A stretch of 64,000 nucleotides of DNA from Calcarisporiella thermophila CBS 279.70 (Eukaryota; Fungi; Calcarisporiellomycota). Location of the stretch: the NCBI RefSeq assembly GCF_041956535.1, contig NW_027192218.1, forward strand, positions 263,728-327,727, in the 5' to 3' direction. Below are positions 24,132-35,611 of this stretch, piece by piece. The position numbers and the translations under genes are program-made. Position 1 is the stretch's first letter; every line of letters starts with the position of its first letter. The notes beneath the pieces were generated by a model. It ran no database searches and had not been told where the DNA came from. It saw only the letters and a program-made list of their open reading frames with translations.

Positions 24132-26871
24132 TATGAGTAAGGTGGCGGGGGCTCGAGACTCGTGTGAACGGCTGTATACAACCAGCGGCAAGAAGAGGAG
24201 GGAACCTTGGGTGGATTTACAGTTTTTTGCACTCAAAAGTCGAAATGGCGCCCTTTTATAAAGGGGGCCGCGGGCCACGAACCTTACATTGCAAGTGATT
24301 TGATTTGGTGTGCTGGGGTGCACAATGGTAAGTTGCTAAAGTATTCCCTTATCCAGCCAGAGTTTGTGCCCTCGCTAATGGTGACATGAAAATTGCGGCA
24401 TCGCCAGGCACGCAATATTGCAAAATTTTGCCATCGCAAAAAGGAAAGGCCCATCCCCCGTTTGTCAGCAGCGAGCGTGGCCGTCGCCTTCGGACATACC
24501 AGCCGCCTTGGCCGTGGATGGCCTTTGGGCACGACGACGCCGGCCCTCTTCAGGCCAAGCATGTCACACGTCGCTTCCGCCATGGTGTCGAGCGATCTGC
24601 ACCTAGGTAGCATTGTGCTTGGGCATCGCATCTCCTCAGCGGCCCTCCGCACATATATGTCCACCCCTCTTCCCTGATTATGCCCGTCTCCGTGAGAAAA
24701 TTCGTGCTACATGGTAGTCTCGTGCTCCCATGGTGCCATCGCCCTCTGCTCGCCCGTCTTATGGCTACTTTCAAAACAATCCTCAAACGATAGCCAGTGG
24801 CACCACTGCAACTTAAGGCCTCCTTGCAATGCAACCATCCCTGATGATTGCTACCAAGGCCGGTTTCCGCAGGCTCCCAAGCAGCACAGTCCCATGATTA
24901 GGCAAGGTTTGGCACGTGCGCATCCTCTCCCACCGTCACGAGTCGCCGCATCCCTGGGCCATGCAAGGAGATATGGAGCAGCTGGATAGCCAGTTGTAAT
25001 GATGCAATGGACCCTTCTTTGCTCCAACCCTCACCCCACCTACCAAGGCTGCAAAGGTCGTTTATTTTCCGCTCGGTCCTAATCAATTGCGCCATCCTCC
25101 ACCGCTCACCGTCTGTGACTTTGCTCTGTGCTACCCGGGAAAAATCCCACGTTTCAACACCCGCCGCGATTCTCCACGAGTCTTCCTCCTCTACGGAATT
25201 TCTACAGCGGCGGGGTGCGGTCACAGAAAAGCGAGCCAAATGGCTTGCCCGTGCTACGTGGGAAAGTTGAGAGGGTGGCATGGCAACCGAGCACCCCCCT
25301 CCACTCCTTGGGGGAGCGAGTCGTTGGGCGGCCAATTTCCCGAGCTCGGCCGAAAAGTCTAGATTTCAACAAAGCATGGTGCGCAGATGTTAGCCCTGGG
25401 AGCCTTCGCCCATCGAGCTCTAAAAGTTTGGAATGGTGAGAATGGGTAGAATAGATTTCCATTTGAAAATAATGATTGGGTTTTCGATTTAAGGACTGTG
25501 AGTTGGGAAACCAAAAACATCTCCCACATAATTAAAACGCATCCAAATCATCTGAATATTGGCCGCGGTTCTGTACTGGCATGTTTAGCATTTTCTCATA
25601 GTTGTGCCTTATTTTATCTTGTGGGCAACGTCAGGTGTGAAAAATTAGAATTCTTCGTATAAGGTTCATAAAAAGAATACAAAATAGGCTTATTGAAATA
25701 GCTGCGTGATTTAATTCTAAAACCTTAGACTAAATTGCGTGCATGATATTGTGGCTGCGTGCCATGGTCAATGCTTCTAGTAGATTCCTCTATATCCGAA
25801 GACTCTTGAATGAACCTTTGCTAATACGCAAGTTGGCGCCCCAAGCGTTACAAGGAGGTTCGAGGGACAAGGTGGTCATAATATAGGCTATACCTGTGAA
25901 TTGTCTAAACAAGACCTGTAGGTATCTGCCGTGGATGAATTCAAATAGATTAATACAAAAGTAGGCCAGGTATGCTTCAACATTAGAGACTCGAGCGAGA
26001 CAACTATTCGAGTGGGATATTTTCTACCCAGTTCTAATTTTGTCTGCGTAGATTTGGTACACCATGAATCACCCTTAGTGTCCTCTTTTTTCGAATCCAG
26101 CTAAGCCAGGCCTCCTCTGTCGCTAATAATCCATCATTTACTCTCATTTGAGGATATACATGCCGTCGGGCAAAAATTAAAATAGCCCTGACGCCGGCGT
26201 TGCTCGGCAATAAACAGGTCAGCTCGATGCCCGGCTGATTGGTTTGCCAGTGTGCTCCCACCGTATTGGAGGGATAAGAGCCTTGATTAGTAAGACAAAA
26301 CTGTATTCCTCCCGCGGGTTGATGCCACTTGTTTATTTCTAAACAACGTCACTTCATCCCTAGGGAAGAGCCGCTGAAAATAGATCTTGCCAATCTGCGG
26401 TGTGAATTCTGAATATCCTCGGAGTCCCCGCACTGGAAAATTCATCGCCAGATTCCCCGTTGTTCCTGAATTTTCGCTAGACGAATGGGCACAAGTGTGC
26501 AATATTAAGTAAATAGGCTCGAGACCCTAGTTATCGATATCCAAGCCATCTCACCTAGGTTGAGCCAAGTAGGGTGTGGAGAATGGCTCCGCGGCTAGAA
26601 GTTGAATAGGACCTACCGTATACTCGAAGCAAGAGATAACACTGCCGCGCCGGGCAGAGTCGCGGCCATTTGGGACCCAAAGCTATTTTATTGAAACTCC
26701 TCAAGAAAACGGAAGAAGCAAAAACTGGGGGGGGGGGGAGGGGAAGGCAATAATCTACAAGAGAATTTTGTATTTATCTTTTGGATATTGAAATAAAAAA
26801 TGAAGAGGCAAAACAAGACATTAACCACACTACTAATACTATATTTACTGTACATTCACACAGTCTAACCC

Positions 26872-27459
26872 TCACTCGTAGCCCAAGCAATGCCGGACAC
26901 GCCGTGTCGGGGTCTGGGGCGACATGTCTCCAAGCTCTTTTCTCCTTCTCTTTTCCCCCTCGTCGCCGTCGAGATGGGGAAGGGGCAGCATGACGCCCAG
27001 CGAGCCGCTTTCGTCCTTGGCCGCTCTCTGCAAAGCCTTCAGGAGCGACTGGCTGTCATTTCGCACAATGTTGGAGCGCGGGCTTGGAGAGGGAGGGGCC
27101 GTCCAGCCGGCGCCCTCTTCATCCCCGGATTCCTCTGCCTTGGGTGGCTTTTGGCTGGTGCTTGCGGGCCTGCGGGTGGGGGTTCGAGGATCATCGAATA
27201 GCCGGCGCGCAATCCGGTTGCGTTCGGTCCAGCGCCTATCCACGGAGAAGATGTCTGCTTTGTGGGATTGGGCCTGGGTCCTCAGAGAGCGGGAGAGGCC
27301 GAGGGGGCGCCTTGAGTGGGAATGCGAGGCATTAGATGGAATGAGCGATGTCGGCGTGAGGGGGAATGAGGTCGTGGAATGGATGGGCGTGATCCGGATG
27401 GGATGCCGAGGGAAGCTGTGGCGGGCTGGAGATGACGACTTGGAGGGTGAGAGCCGCAT
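26872..27459 (-). CDS. Orphan disordered Ser/Pro/Arg-rich protein (195 aa) with CDK sites and RRLF motif
   Basis: ATG at 27459; nine S/T-P sites; ARRLF motif; AT-rich 3' flank; MCB/SCB-like boxes upstream. Confidence 0.6.
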   Translation of the reverse strand: MRLSPSKSSSPARHSFPRHPIRITPIHSTTSFPLTPTSLIPSNASHSHSRRPLGLSRSLRTQAQSHKADIFSVDRRWTERNRIARRLFDDPRTPTRRPASTSQKPPKAEESGDEEGAGWTAPPSPSPRSNIVRNDSQSLLKALQRAAKDESGSLGVMLPLPHLDGDEGEKRRRKELGDMSPQTPTRRVRHCLGYE

Positions 27460-27565
27460 TGCGATGGCGGGATGCACTAGTTGATGCAGATGCTGGACAA
27501 TGATGAGAATTCGGCTTGAGGCGGGGGGGGAGGGGGAGAGAGAGGGCGGGAGGAGAGGAAAAATT

Positions 27566-27744
27566 TTTCGCGTTTTAGGGAAGGGGCGGAGAACAGGAGG
27601 GGCGGGTCTCCTGAGGAAACCTTGTTCGCAAGACGCGTCGCCGGCCATTGGCTCCGGCGAGCAGTCCTAATTTCGCTCGAAGCCCCCAAAGGAAGGCAGG
27701 CACGCTGCAATATGCCGAGAAAGGCAGCACGCGCAGTCACGCGT
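27566..27744. promoter_or_regulatory. SCB/E2F-like (ACGCGAAA) and two MCB (ACGCGT) boxes upstream of the 27459 gene
   Basis: TTTCGCGT at 27566-27573; ACGCGT at 27633-27638 and 27739-27744. Confidence 0.45.
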
Positions 27745-28105
27745 GGAGCGGTGTATCCAACCGAGGCCCAGGATGCTGGGTCCGATTGAGGGGTTTAAGT
27801 GAGTTAAGGTTGTGTGGGAGTCAAGATGACACGCCCGTGGTTGCTTTGTGCTCGGCCCAGCGCTGCAGGATGCTCCGCCCGAGCCTGGCAACGCGGGCGG
27901 CCGCAGCCTCGGGTTGCACGCCCATATCCCTGCTGCGCGTATTAGAGGTGGGTTTTATTAACAGTGTAGAAGCGTATGGTCCAAAGGGACAATGGGGCCC
28001 CTTCTTCTCATTATGACAATTCACATTCAGCCGACCGCGTCGGCGCCCCCTCTGCACCACTCCCCTTCCCCTCTCTCCCCGCCAGCCTCCAAGCAAGCCC
28101 CCTTC

Positions 28106-31100
28106 TCAGAACAGGTATACTCGCCCCGCTAGTGGCACCTCCATGGCGGGTTTGCATTCGCAGTCTGCGCCGTCGGCCGTGACCGCATAGGTCTCTGGAT
28201 CCACCCGCATCGCCGGCAGCGCATCGTTCAGCTTCATGTCGCTCTTCCGCAGTCCGCGGCAGCCCCGCACCGCCTCGACCCGCTTTCTGAGGCCGTATTC
28301 GCGGCGCACGGTGGGGAGCGATGCCTGGCTGACAAAAGCAATGCTGGTGCGTGCCGCGGCCATGGGGCGCGCACCAAACATCGGGCGGAGAAGGCGGGGC
28401 TGGGTGGTAGGAATGGAAGCGTTTGCGTCGCCCTAAAAAGGGAAAAGAGTGGGTGGGTGGGGAGGGCAGAGATGAGCAAATCAAGCTGAGGCGGGCGCTG
28501 GAGCCAATGGAGGGCAGCCACCGCCGCGTGTCAGCATTGCGCTTACCATGTTCGCCCAAGCGATAAAGCCGCCCTTGATGACCAGGTCCGGCTTGGTTCC
28601 AAAGTGTTCGGGCCGCCACACGACCAGATCGGCCAGCTTCCCCGCCTCCACGCTCCCGATGACGTGCGCAACCCCGTGGGCGACGGCCGGGTTGATGGTG
28701 TATTTGGCAATGTAACGCCGCACTCGGAAATTGTCCGCCTTGCGATCCGCCTCCGTCTCCCCCGGCCCAAGCAGGGGGCCGCGTTGGTCCCGCATCTTGC
28801 TCGCAGTCCTCCAGGTGCGAGCCACCACCTCTCCGATGCGCCCCATGGCCTGCGAGTCCGAGCTGAGCATGCTGATGGCGCCGATGTCGTGCAGGATGTC
28901 CTCGGCCGCGATGGTCTCGGCGCGAATTCGGCTCTCGGCAAAGGCAATGTCCTCGGGCAGGTCGCGGGACAGGTGGTGGCACACCATCAGCATGTCGAGG
29001 TGCTCGCTCAGCGTGTTGTGGGCGTAGGGCATGGTGGGGTTGGTGGACGAGGGCAGAACGTTGTCGGCCCCGCACACCACGAGAATGTCGGGCGCGTGGC
29101 CCCCGCCCGCCCCCTCCGTGTGGTAGGTGTGGATGGTGCGGCCCTTGAAAGCGTTCAGCGTGTGCTCCACAAACCCGCTCTCGTTCAGCGTGTCTGTGTG
29201 GATCGTCGCCTGCACATCATACTCCTCGCACACGCCGAGGCACGTGTCAATGGCGGCAGGAGTCGTGCCCCAGTCCTCGTGCAGCTTGAGCCCGATCGCC
29301 CCGGCCTCAACCTGATCGCGCAGGGCCTTTGGATCGGAGCAGTTCCCCTTTCCTGTAAACCCAAAGTTGAGGGGAAGATCGTCGGTCGCGGCCAGCATAA
29401 GCTCCATGTGGCGCCGGCCTGGAGTGCAGGTGGTGGCATTGGTGCCCGTGGCCGGCCCTGTGCCGCCCCCTATTAGGGTCGTGATGCCATTGGAGAGGGC
29501 CTGTCAAGAAGGGGGAGAGGGGTTAGGTACGGGGTCGACGGCCCTTTGAAAACAAATAGGGGTGCGGGTGAGCGGAGGCGGGATTGGGCTTCCCATGGCC
29601 CGCCCATCCCCTGCCCTAAGGGTTATGGTAGACTTGGGGATTTTACCTCTTCTGCTAATTGCGGACATATGAAATGCACGTGCGCATCGATCGCGCCCGC
29701 GGTCACAATGGCGCCCTCGGCAGCTATCACCTCGGTGGTTGCGCCGATATACAAGTTCGGGTGGACCCCTTCCATGATGTCCGGGTTGCCCGCCTTGCCG
29801 ATCTCGATGATGATGCCATTCTTCACGCCAATATCGGCCTGATAATTAGACGCCGGGGAGCGCATGTTAGGTCACATGCAAAATAAAGTCAATCGCTCTG
29901 TTTAATCCAAGGTAGGAAGGAGAGGTATACTTTATAGATCCCCGTGTAGTCGAGAACGAGGGCGTTGGTCAGCACCAAATCCAACGCCTCCGCGTCCCCT
30001 ATCCCCGTGCATTGTCCCATTCCATCGCGGATGACTTTTCCCCCACCAAACACACACTCGTCGCCGTAGACGGTGTAGTCCCGTTCCACTTGGACCCACA
30101 GGCTCGTATCGCCCAGTCGTACCAGATCACCCGTCGTGGGCCCGTATCGTTGGGCGTAGGACGCGCGGTCGATCTGGTGCGGCTCGATCGCCTCCACCCT
30201 GTCGCGCTGTGGCTGGTGTCCATATCCAAGCGCATGGATCCGCTCCATGATTTCGGGGAGACGCGAGGGGCAAACGGGACCGGAGGCGAGGTTGTTTCCA
30301 CCACGAATGATGGCCCTCCCGCCGATGGCCACTAGGTTGACGATGCGCGTGTCGCCGGGCTCGAAGCGCAGCGCCGCTCCGGCCGGGATGTCAAGATGCA
30401 TCCCATAGGAGAGCTCGCGATCGAATATGAGATTGGGATTGGTTTCTATGAAATGGTAGTGGGATCCGACCTATTGGATTTGCATTTCATACAGCCAAAT
30501 TAGAGAAAGTACTCGGCACAGTGGGGAAGAGGGTGCCTGGGAACATCCGCCTGGTTCAGCGGTAGAACAAAGACAGGATGGGGAGGGGGGATGATAAATG
30601 ATCGGAGATAGAACATTAAAGGATGACTTTACCTGCACCGGCCTATCTCCACTGTTGGTCACGCGTAGGGCAACTCTCCTTCTGCCTTCTCCAAGCACAA
30701 TGCGTCCGGGCATGCTCACCACCGCACCCGGCCCTTTCTCCCAAGCTGCCTCCTCCTCCTTATCGTCGAGTTCCCCAAACACATCCGCACTGGGGGGCGG
30801 CAGAAAACTGCCATACAGGGCGCGCTCTATGTTCCCGTCGACCGTCGAGATGGGATTGTGCACGGTGATTAGAAATGTGCCGTCTTTGAAGGTGGATTCC
30901 ACCTGCAGTTCGTGGAGGGTTTTCCACACGCCCGGCATCACATGCCTCCGCCCCAGGATTTCCCGCCCGATATCCATTAGCTCTGCCACGCTATACCTAC
31001 CGTCTCTTGCCAACTCCATCATCACGGTGGCAAGCAAAGCGATTGCCTCCGTCTGATTCAGCTTCAGTCCGCGAGCAAGTCGCTTCTGTGCTAGAGAGCC

Positions 31101-31148
31101 GGCAAGATGCAGAGTGAGCTTGTCAAGTTCGCGAGGGATTAGCCGCAT
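28106..31148 (-). CDS. URE1: Urease (fused gamma-beta-alpha eukaryotic type), multi-exon
   Basis: [61 protein letters not shown] and SSDSQAMGR; four GT-AG introns. Confidence 0.97.
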
Positions 31149-31184
31149 TAGCTATGGTAATGATTCGTTCCGCGCAACCCTTTT

Positions 31185-31335
31185 CTTATCTTTTCTTTAT
31201 GACTAATGCTATCGGATCGTTCCGAATTCTCTTATCACGGCACTTCAGAGTAAAATTCGCGTAAGTTAATGGAAATAAAAAATTGAGTCGCGGAGATAAA
31301 CACTGGTGGCACGAAGCCAAGACCTTTGATAGAAA
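31185..31335. promoter_or_regulatory. Cluster of GATA sites upstream of urease (AreA/Gln3-type nitrogen regulation)
   Basis: CTTATC at 31185-31190 and 31231-31236, GATAA near 31295 and GATAG near 31328, all within ~190 bp of the ATG. Confidence 0.4.
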
Positions 31336-31783
31336 ATCCAATCTTAACAAGATGTCAGGAGGCCGAGTCTAAATTGCCGGACAAACGTGATAGAGTGAAA
31401 ATCCAGAGGGCGGATATGGAAGTGATCCAGATCGACTAATCAATAAGTCTATATATTCTAAGCTATAACACAATAGTAACAAACACATAAATAAGCGTAG
31501 AGTAAAGGGGAAAAAAAAAAAATGCAAAGGAAACGTTTAAAATGATATCTACTTAAATGATATAGAGTGTATATAAATATTTAGAGAGAAGTAAGTCCAG
31601 CGTGTAGGAAGGGAGCAGAGGAGGAAAAAAAAATCCAAGGGAAGAAATTCCAAACGGAAACAAGTAGCGGTATAAATAAAAGCCTACAATAAAACAGCAG
31701 ATATAAATAGAGTGAAAAGTATATATATAGGATCCAAGGGGGGGGGGAGGGGTAACTACACATAGAGCGAGCTTGAAATCGAG

Positions 31784-33121
31784 CTATTTTCGCTGGCTAG
31801 CTAAGCCCACCGATCTCCTCCACACAATGGAGCTTCTCAGACTCTGCCTTTTCCCCCATATTCCAAGCCGGTGCTTAATCGAGCCTGCGCTCGCTGCTCC
31901 CGTAGATTCTTCGCTCGAACTGGAGGAGCTCATTGGTCGGGAGGTTTCGGGAGCCGAGAACAAACCCGATCGCAGCTTAGGCGACTGCGGCGGAGATGCC
32001 AGAGCATCGTACTCCTCGTAGTCCACCTTCAGGAGCATGTGGCAGAATTCACGAACCATGGCTTCAAGGACGTGGAGATGTCTACGAGTGTGGGGGTTGC
32101 CGCGCGCACAAATGGTGGTCCACTCCTGCTCTAGGTAGCCGAGGAGAAAGCGGACCGCACGTGCACGCGCCTCGACAGAGTAGGAGGTGGAATGGCCGAT
32201 CTCTCGCACCATCTGGGAATAGATCTCTCCCATGGCGAACTTTGCATAGCTCGTTTCCAGCAAGTTAAATACGGCTCGCTTCGCCGGCTCGAAGATGGTG
32301 GAGAGGTCTCGAGCAATGGATGGGCTACTGGAGGACGAAATCGCAGCTTCGCACGCGGAAAGGGTATCACTGATGGTCTTGCGCACCTCCTCGTCCACGT
32401 TCACCTCGAAAAAGTGGCTGCTGCGGTCAAGGTAGATGCTGTAGATGTGCCGCGCGGCCGTAAGCTGATGGGAGAGAGAGGTGTAGGAGAAGGCCTCGTA
32501 TTGCTCGGCTTCTAGGAAGAAGAACTGGAATGGGGGAGAGATTTCGTTAGTGGGAAAGTGACTCGTGGAAACGGCTCCTCTTCCCTTCCAAGCTATGCTT
32601 ACCAAGTTTTCGCTTGAGTACTCCTGCAGCAAGCATCTCAAAAAGTAGCAGAGCGGGATCTTGGACATAAGCATCGCCTTCAGGCCCTCCCGTTCGATTT
32701 CCTTGACGCAAACGTCTAACGGGGGCTCATGCCCAAAAAACCTCAGTAGCTTCCGGGCAGAATGGTCGATTCGACGCTTGTACATCCTCTGCATATCGAA
32801 GCTTGCAACGTTGTGGACGAATGTGGCGGCCAAGGGCGAGGTGCTGGTATTGCAGCCAAGGTTGAAGAGGGACGAGAGCGAGTGCCTTTGGTGGTCTTGA
32901 GAGGCCGATGAGCAGGGGGATTCGGAGATAGAGGAGTAAGAATTCCGCCGAGAATTAGAGATGTGGTGGTCTAGGGTGTCTATAGAAACGGTGGATGTGC
33001 GGCGCTTTGAGATGCGGTTGGAGGAGCGGGTGGAGGGAGCCAGGACCCCCTCAGGAGTAGAGTTGCGGGAGAAGAGCTTGCCATCGGGAACAAGGGAAAT
33101 GACAGAACGGCGACGAGACAT
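31784..33121 (-). CDS. RGS-domain protein (regulator of G-protein signalling)
   Basis: YFLRCLLQEYSSENL/FFFLEAEQYE, AARHIYSIYL..FEVNVD and FEPAKRAVFNLLETSYAKF; one 78-nt intron at 32525-32602. Confidence 0.85.
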   Translation of the reverse strand: MSRRRSVISLVPDGKLFSRNSTPEGVLAPSTRSSNRISKRRTSTVSIDTLDHHISNSRRNSYSSISESPCSSASQDHQRHSLSSLFNLGCNTSTSPLAATFVHNVASFDMQRMYKRRIDHSARKLLRFFGHEPPLDVCVKEIEREGLKAMLMSKIPLCYFLRCLLQEYSSENLVSIAWKGRGAVSTSHFPTNEISPPFQFFFLEAEQYEAFSYTSLSHQLTAARHIYSIYLDRSSHFFEVNVDEEVRKTISDTLSACEAAISSSSSPSIARDLSTIFEPAKRAVFNLLETSYAKFAMGEIYSQMVREIGHSTSYSVEARARAVRFLLGYLEQEWTTICARGNPHTRRHLHVLEAMVREFCHMLLKVDYEEYDALASPPQSPKLRSGLFSAPETSRPMSSSSSSEESTGAASAGSIKHRLGIWGKRQSLRSSIVWRRSVGLASQRK

Positions 33122-33556
33122 TATAGAAGGAATGGGAAGAGGAGAGTCTAATAACTTAGCATGGAGAAGAGGCTGAAGAGGGATCGAATGCTAGAGTCTC
33201 TAATTGATGGATGGCGCTCACAATCCAATTCTCCAAACGAACCGAATGCAAATGATATATATATATAGAAGGCACAGAAGAAAACAAAAGAACAAACATG
33301 CAAAGGGCAAGGCCTAGGACCAACGGTGGTTAACAAACTGCAGAAAGGGGAAGAGGGAGGGGGTGACTTTTGGTTTGGCAAGTTTGAGACCATCCAAATT
33401 GGACCCATACACACCATTGGTGCAATGTTAATTTATGTTACTTTGGCTAGGTTAGGTTGGGTGGGGAAGAGTGGTGGCGAGATGGTTCCGTAATCGTCAA
33501 AATCCGGTGAGGGGTCCAACCAAAGCTCTACACAATCCAAGCTCAGCAATCGCACC

Positions 33557-34107
33557 ATGATCGGCAACTCCTCCGAGTAAGTAAGCTCCTTCATCTCCTT
33601 TCTCTGCCGCTTGTCAGCTATATTCACTTGCGCCCTTTTCTCATAGATCGCCGCCCGTCTCCCTCGCTCCCCCCAAAGATACCCCCTTCACCCTTGAAGA
33701 GCTCGCCAAGTATGACGGATCCGATCCGTCGCTGCCCGTGTATGTAGCCGTGAAGCGCACCGTGTTCGACGTGACAAACAACCCGGCCTATCGCGGTGGT
33801 TACAAGGTTTTTTGCGGGAAAGATGCCTCCAAGGTAAATAATCATCCGGGATGATCGTCTTCGCGTTGTAATTAGATCATTAAGTCCCCAATCCTAGGCG
33901 CTTGGAATGAGCTCGTTGGAGCCTGAGGATTGTGTGCCGGATTACAGTGGGTTAGATGAGTCCCAGGTAGGAAATTCGTCGTTTTATTTGTTTGCTAGAT
34001 GTCTTTTGCTCAGTGGCCAACCAATTGCTTAGTTGAAGGTGCTTGACAATTGGCATGATTTCTTCAAGAAGCGTTACAACATCGTGGGGAAAGTAGTTGG
34101 CGTTTGA
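33557..34107 (+). CDS. Cytochrome b5-like heme/steroid-binding protein (MAPR family), four exons, missed by the ORF track
   Basis: Spliced FTLEELAKYDGSDPSLPVYVAVKRTVFDVT..YKVFCGKDASK/ALGMSSL..DNWHDFFKKRYNIVG. Confidence 0.88.
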
Positions 34108-34337
34108 AAGACGAAGAAGAAAAAAAAATATTCGCTATGCATTAATTAGCTGCAAAGAATTTATATCCATCCTTTATAAGCAGTTCACCTTTTAAGTGGG
34201 AGTTGTAGATTCTAATGAAAATTATTCAATTTGTACGCGTAAAAGAAATTCTCGTTAGGACGCGTCTTTGCTCAAATAATTGATTTTTATCCTATTCTTG
34301 CCCCCACGCCCCCCCATATCTTCTCAAAACCACAAAA

Positions 34338-35380
34338 ATGACCACACCGTTCTCGACCGGCTACAACATAAGCCGTGACTATTCAACTCTTGACGTGCGG
34401 CTTGCCGATCTCGGAAAGACTCGCGATTCCTTGTTTACTGCCTCTAGTCATGCTGCTAATATTTCTTCGGCATTGAAGACGGGCATGGAGATGGACAGAG
34501 AGCTGAAATTGATAGGAGAAGAATCATTATTTTCAGCTAGTGAGGCTACTGAGAGAGAGGAATCAGTCGCGGAAGAAAGTAGAGAGCAGGCCAATGTCTT
34601 TGGAATTGGATCCTTCGATCAAGTCTTTATCACAGAGGCCGATTTGGTAGCGATGATTTCAAATAACGCATGATGACAGGATTGCTAAGAATGCTTTGAA
34701 TTAGGCAAGAGCTCAAGATAATTTACCCCAATCGTCTTCCCGTCCGACAATAACTGATGTTAATCATGAGGAGCATAAGACCAAAAATTGGGATGTGGAC
34801 GACCCGGATGAAGAATACATGTAAAAATATTGGCCCTTATTCCAATATGTTCACGGCTTCTCAGCAATAAGCTCAATGCTCTATCTCTTTCTGTGTTAGT
34901 CTGCTTTATGAAGAAGCTTGCAAGCGGCGCGATGATGCTATTCGCAAAGCGACTGAAGAGTTTTCCGTGACAATCCTAAAGCTAAAAGAGGAGCTGTCAC
35001 AGCGCAGTGAGAAGAGGGACAAGAGGAGGGAAGAGCTCTGGGTATGGTTAAAGAATCGTTTGTTTTCTGCACGCACAGACTGAGGAGTATCCTTTTTTTA
35101 AAATCATCAGCAAGCAGAGCTAATAGGCCAACCAGACACCACCTCAAGAGGAGAATGCCAACTCTGTTATGCAAACGAAGAGAGCCATAGTAATTAATAT
35201 TTACATGTGAATTGGCCGCGAGTTTTTAATGACTTCTATTCCTTCTATCTCCTCGTCTCTCTAGTCATACATCCTTGCCGGCATCGTTTGTGCAGCGCGT
35301 GTTCTGCTCGTGTGCTAGAATTGGGCAAGAAATGCCCATGGGATCGCAGAGAGTTCTTGCAGATAGTTGAGCTACCCTAA
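34338..35380 (+). CDS. Coiled-coil plus C-terminal RING finger protein (putative E3 ligase), multi-exon
   Basis: Spliced C-terminus ECQLCYANEESHI/IHPCRHRLCSACSARVLELGKKCPWDR; TAA at 35378-35380. Internal splice sites are partly uncertain. Confidence 0.72.
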
Positions 35381-35611
35381 ATCATCACGGCTATGCGCCT
35401 CCGCCATTCTCTTGAAGTAATTTGTATATATCCACTTGTTTTTACCAAAATCAATCCATAATTTGAAGATGTGGCTTAACGGAATTTCGCACGCCTGTCA
35501 AATGAAGTTAAAAACGTGGGCGGTGAATTATTTTCCTTTCTATATTTTCATCTTTTGCCCAAAAAATACGAGTTAAAAAAAAAGCACCACTTCTGACATT
35601 AGGCATGCACC

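Noticed and set aside
24200-25460. Short ORFs upstream of the aminopeptidase
   Set aside because: GC-rich regulatory DNA without coherent coding signal.
28011-29476. 354-aa and 290-aa alternative-frame or antisense ORFs over urease
   Set aside because: GC-driven stop depletion; no domain signal.
22716-31148. Bacterial HGT of the aminopeptidase or urease, suggested by high GC
   Set aside because: Urease is a spliced eukaryotic fusion, the peptidase resembles fungal APY/LAP2, and the GC shift includes non-coding DNA.
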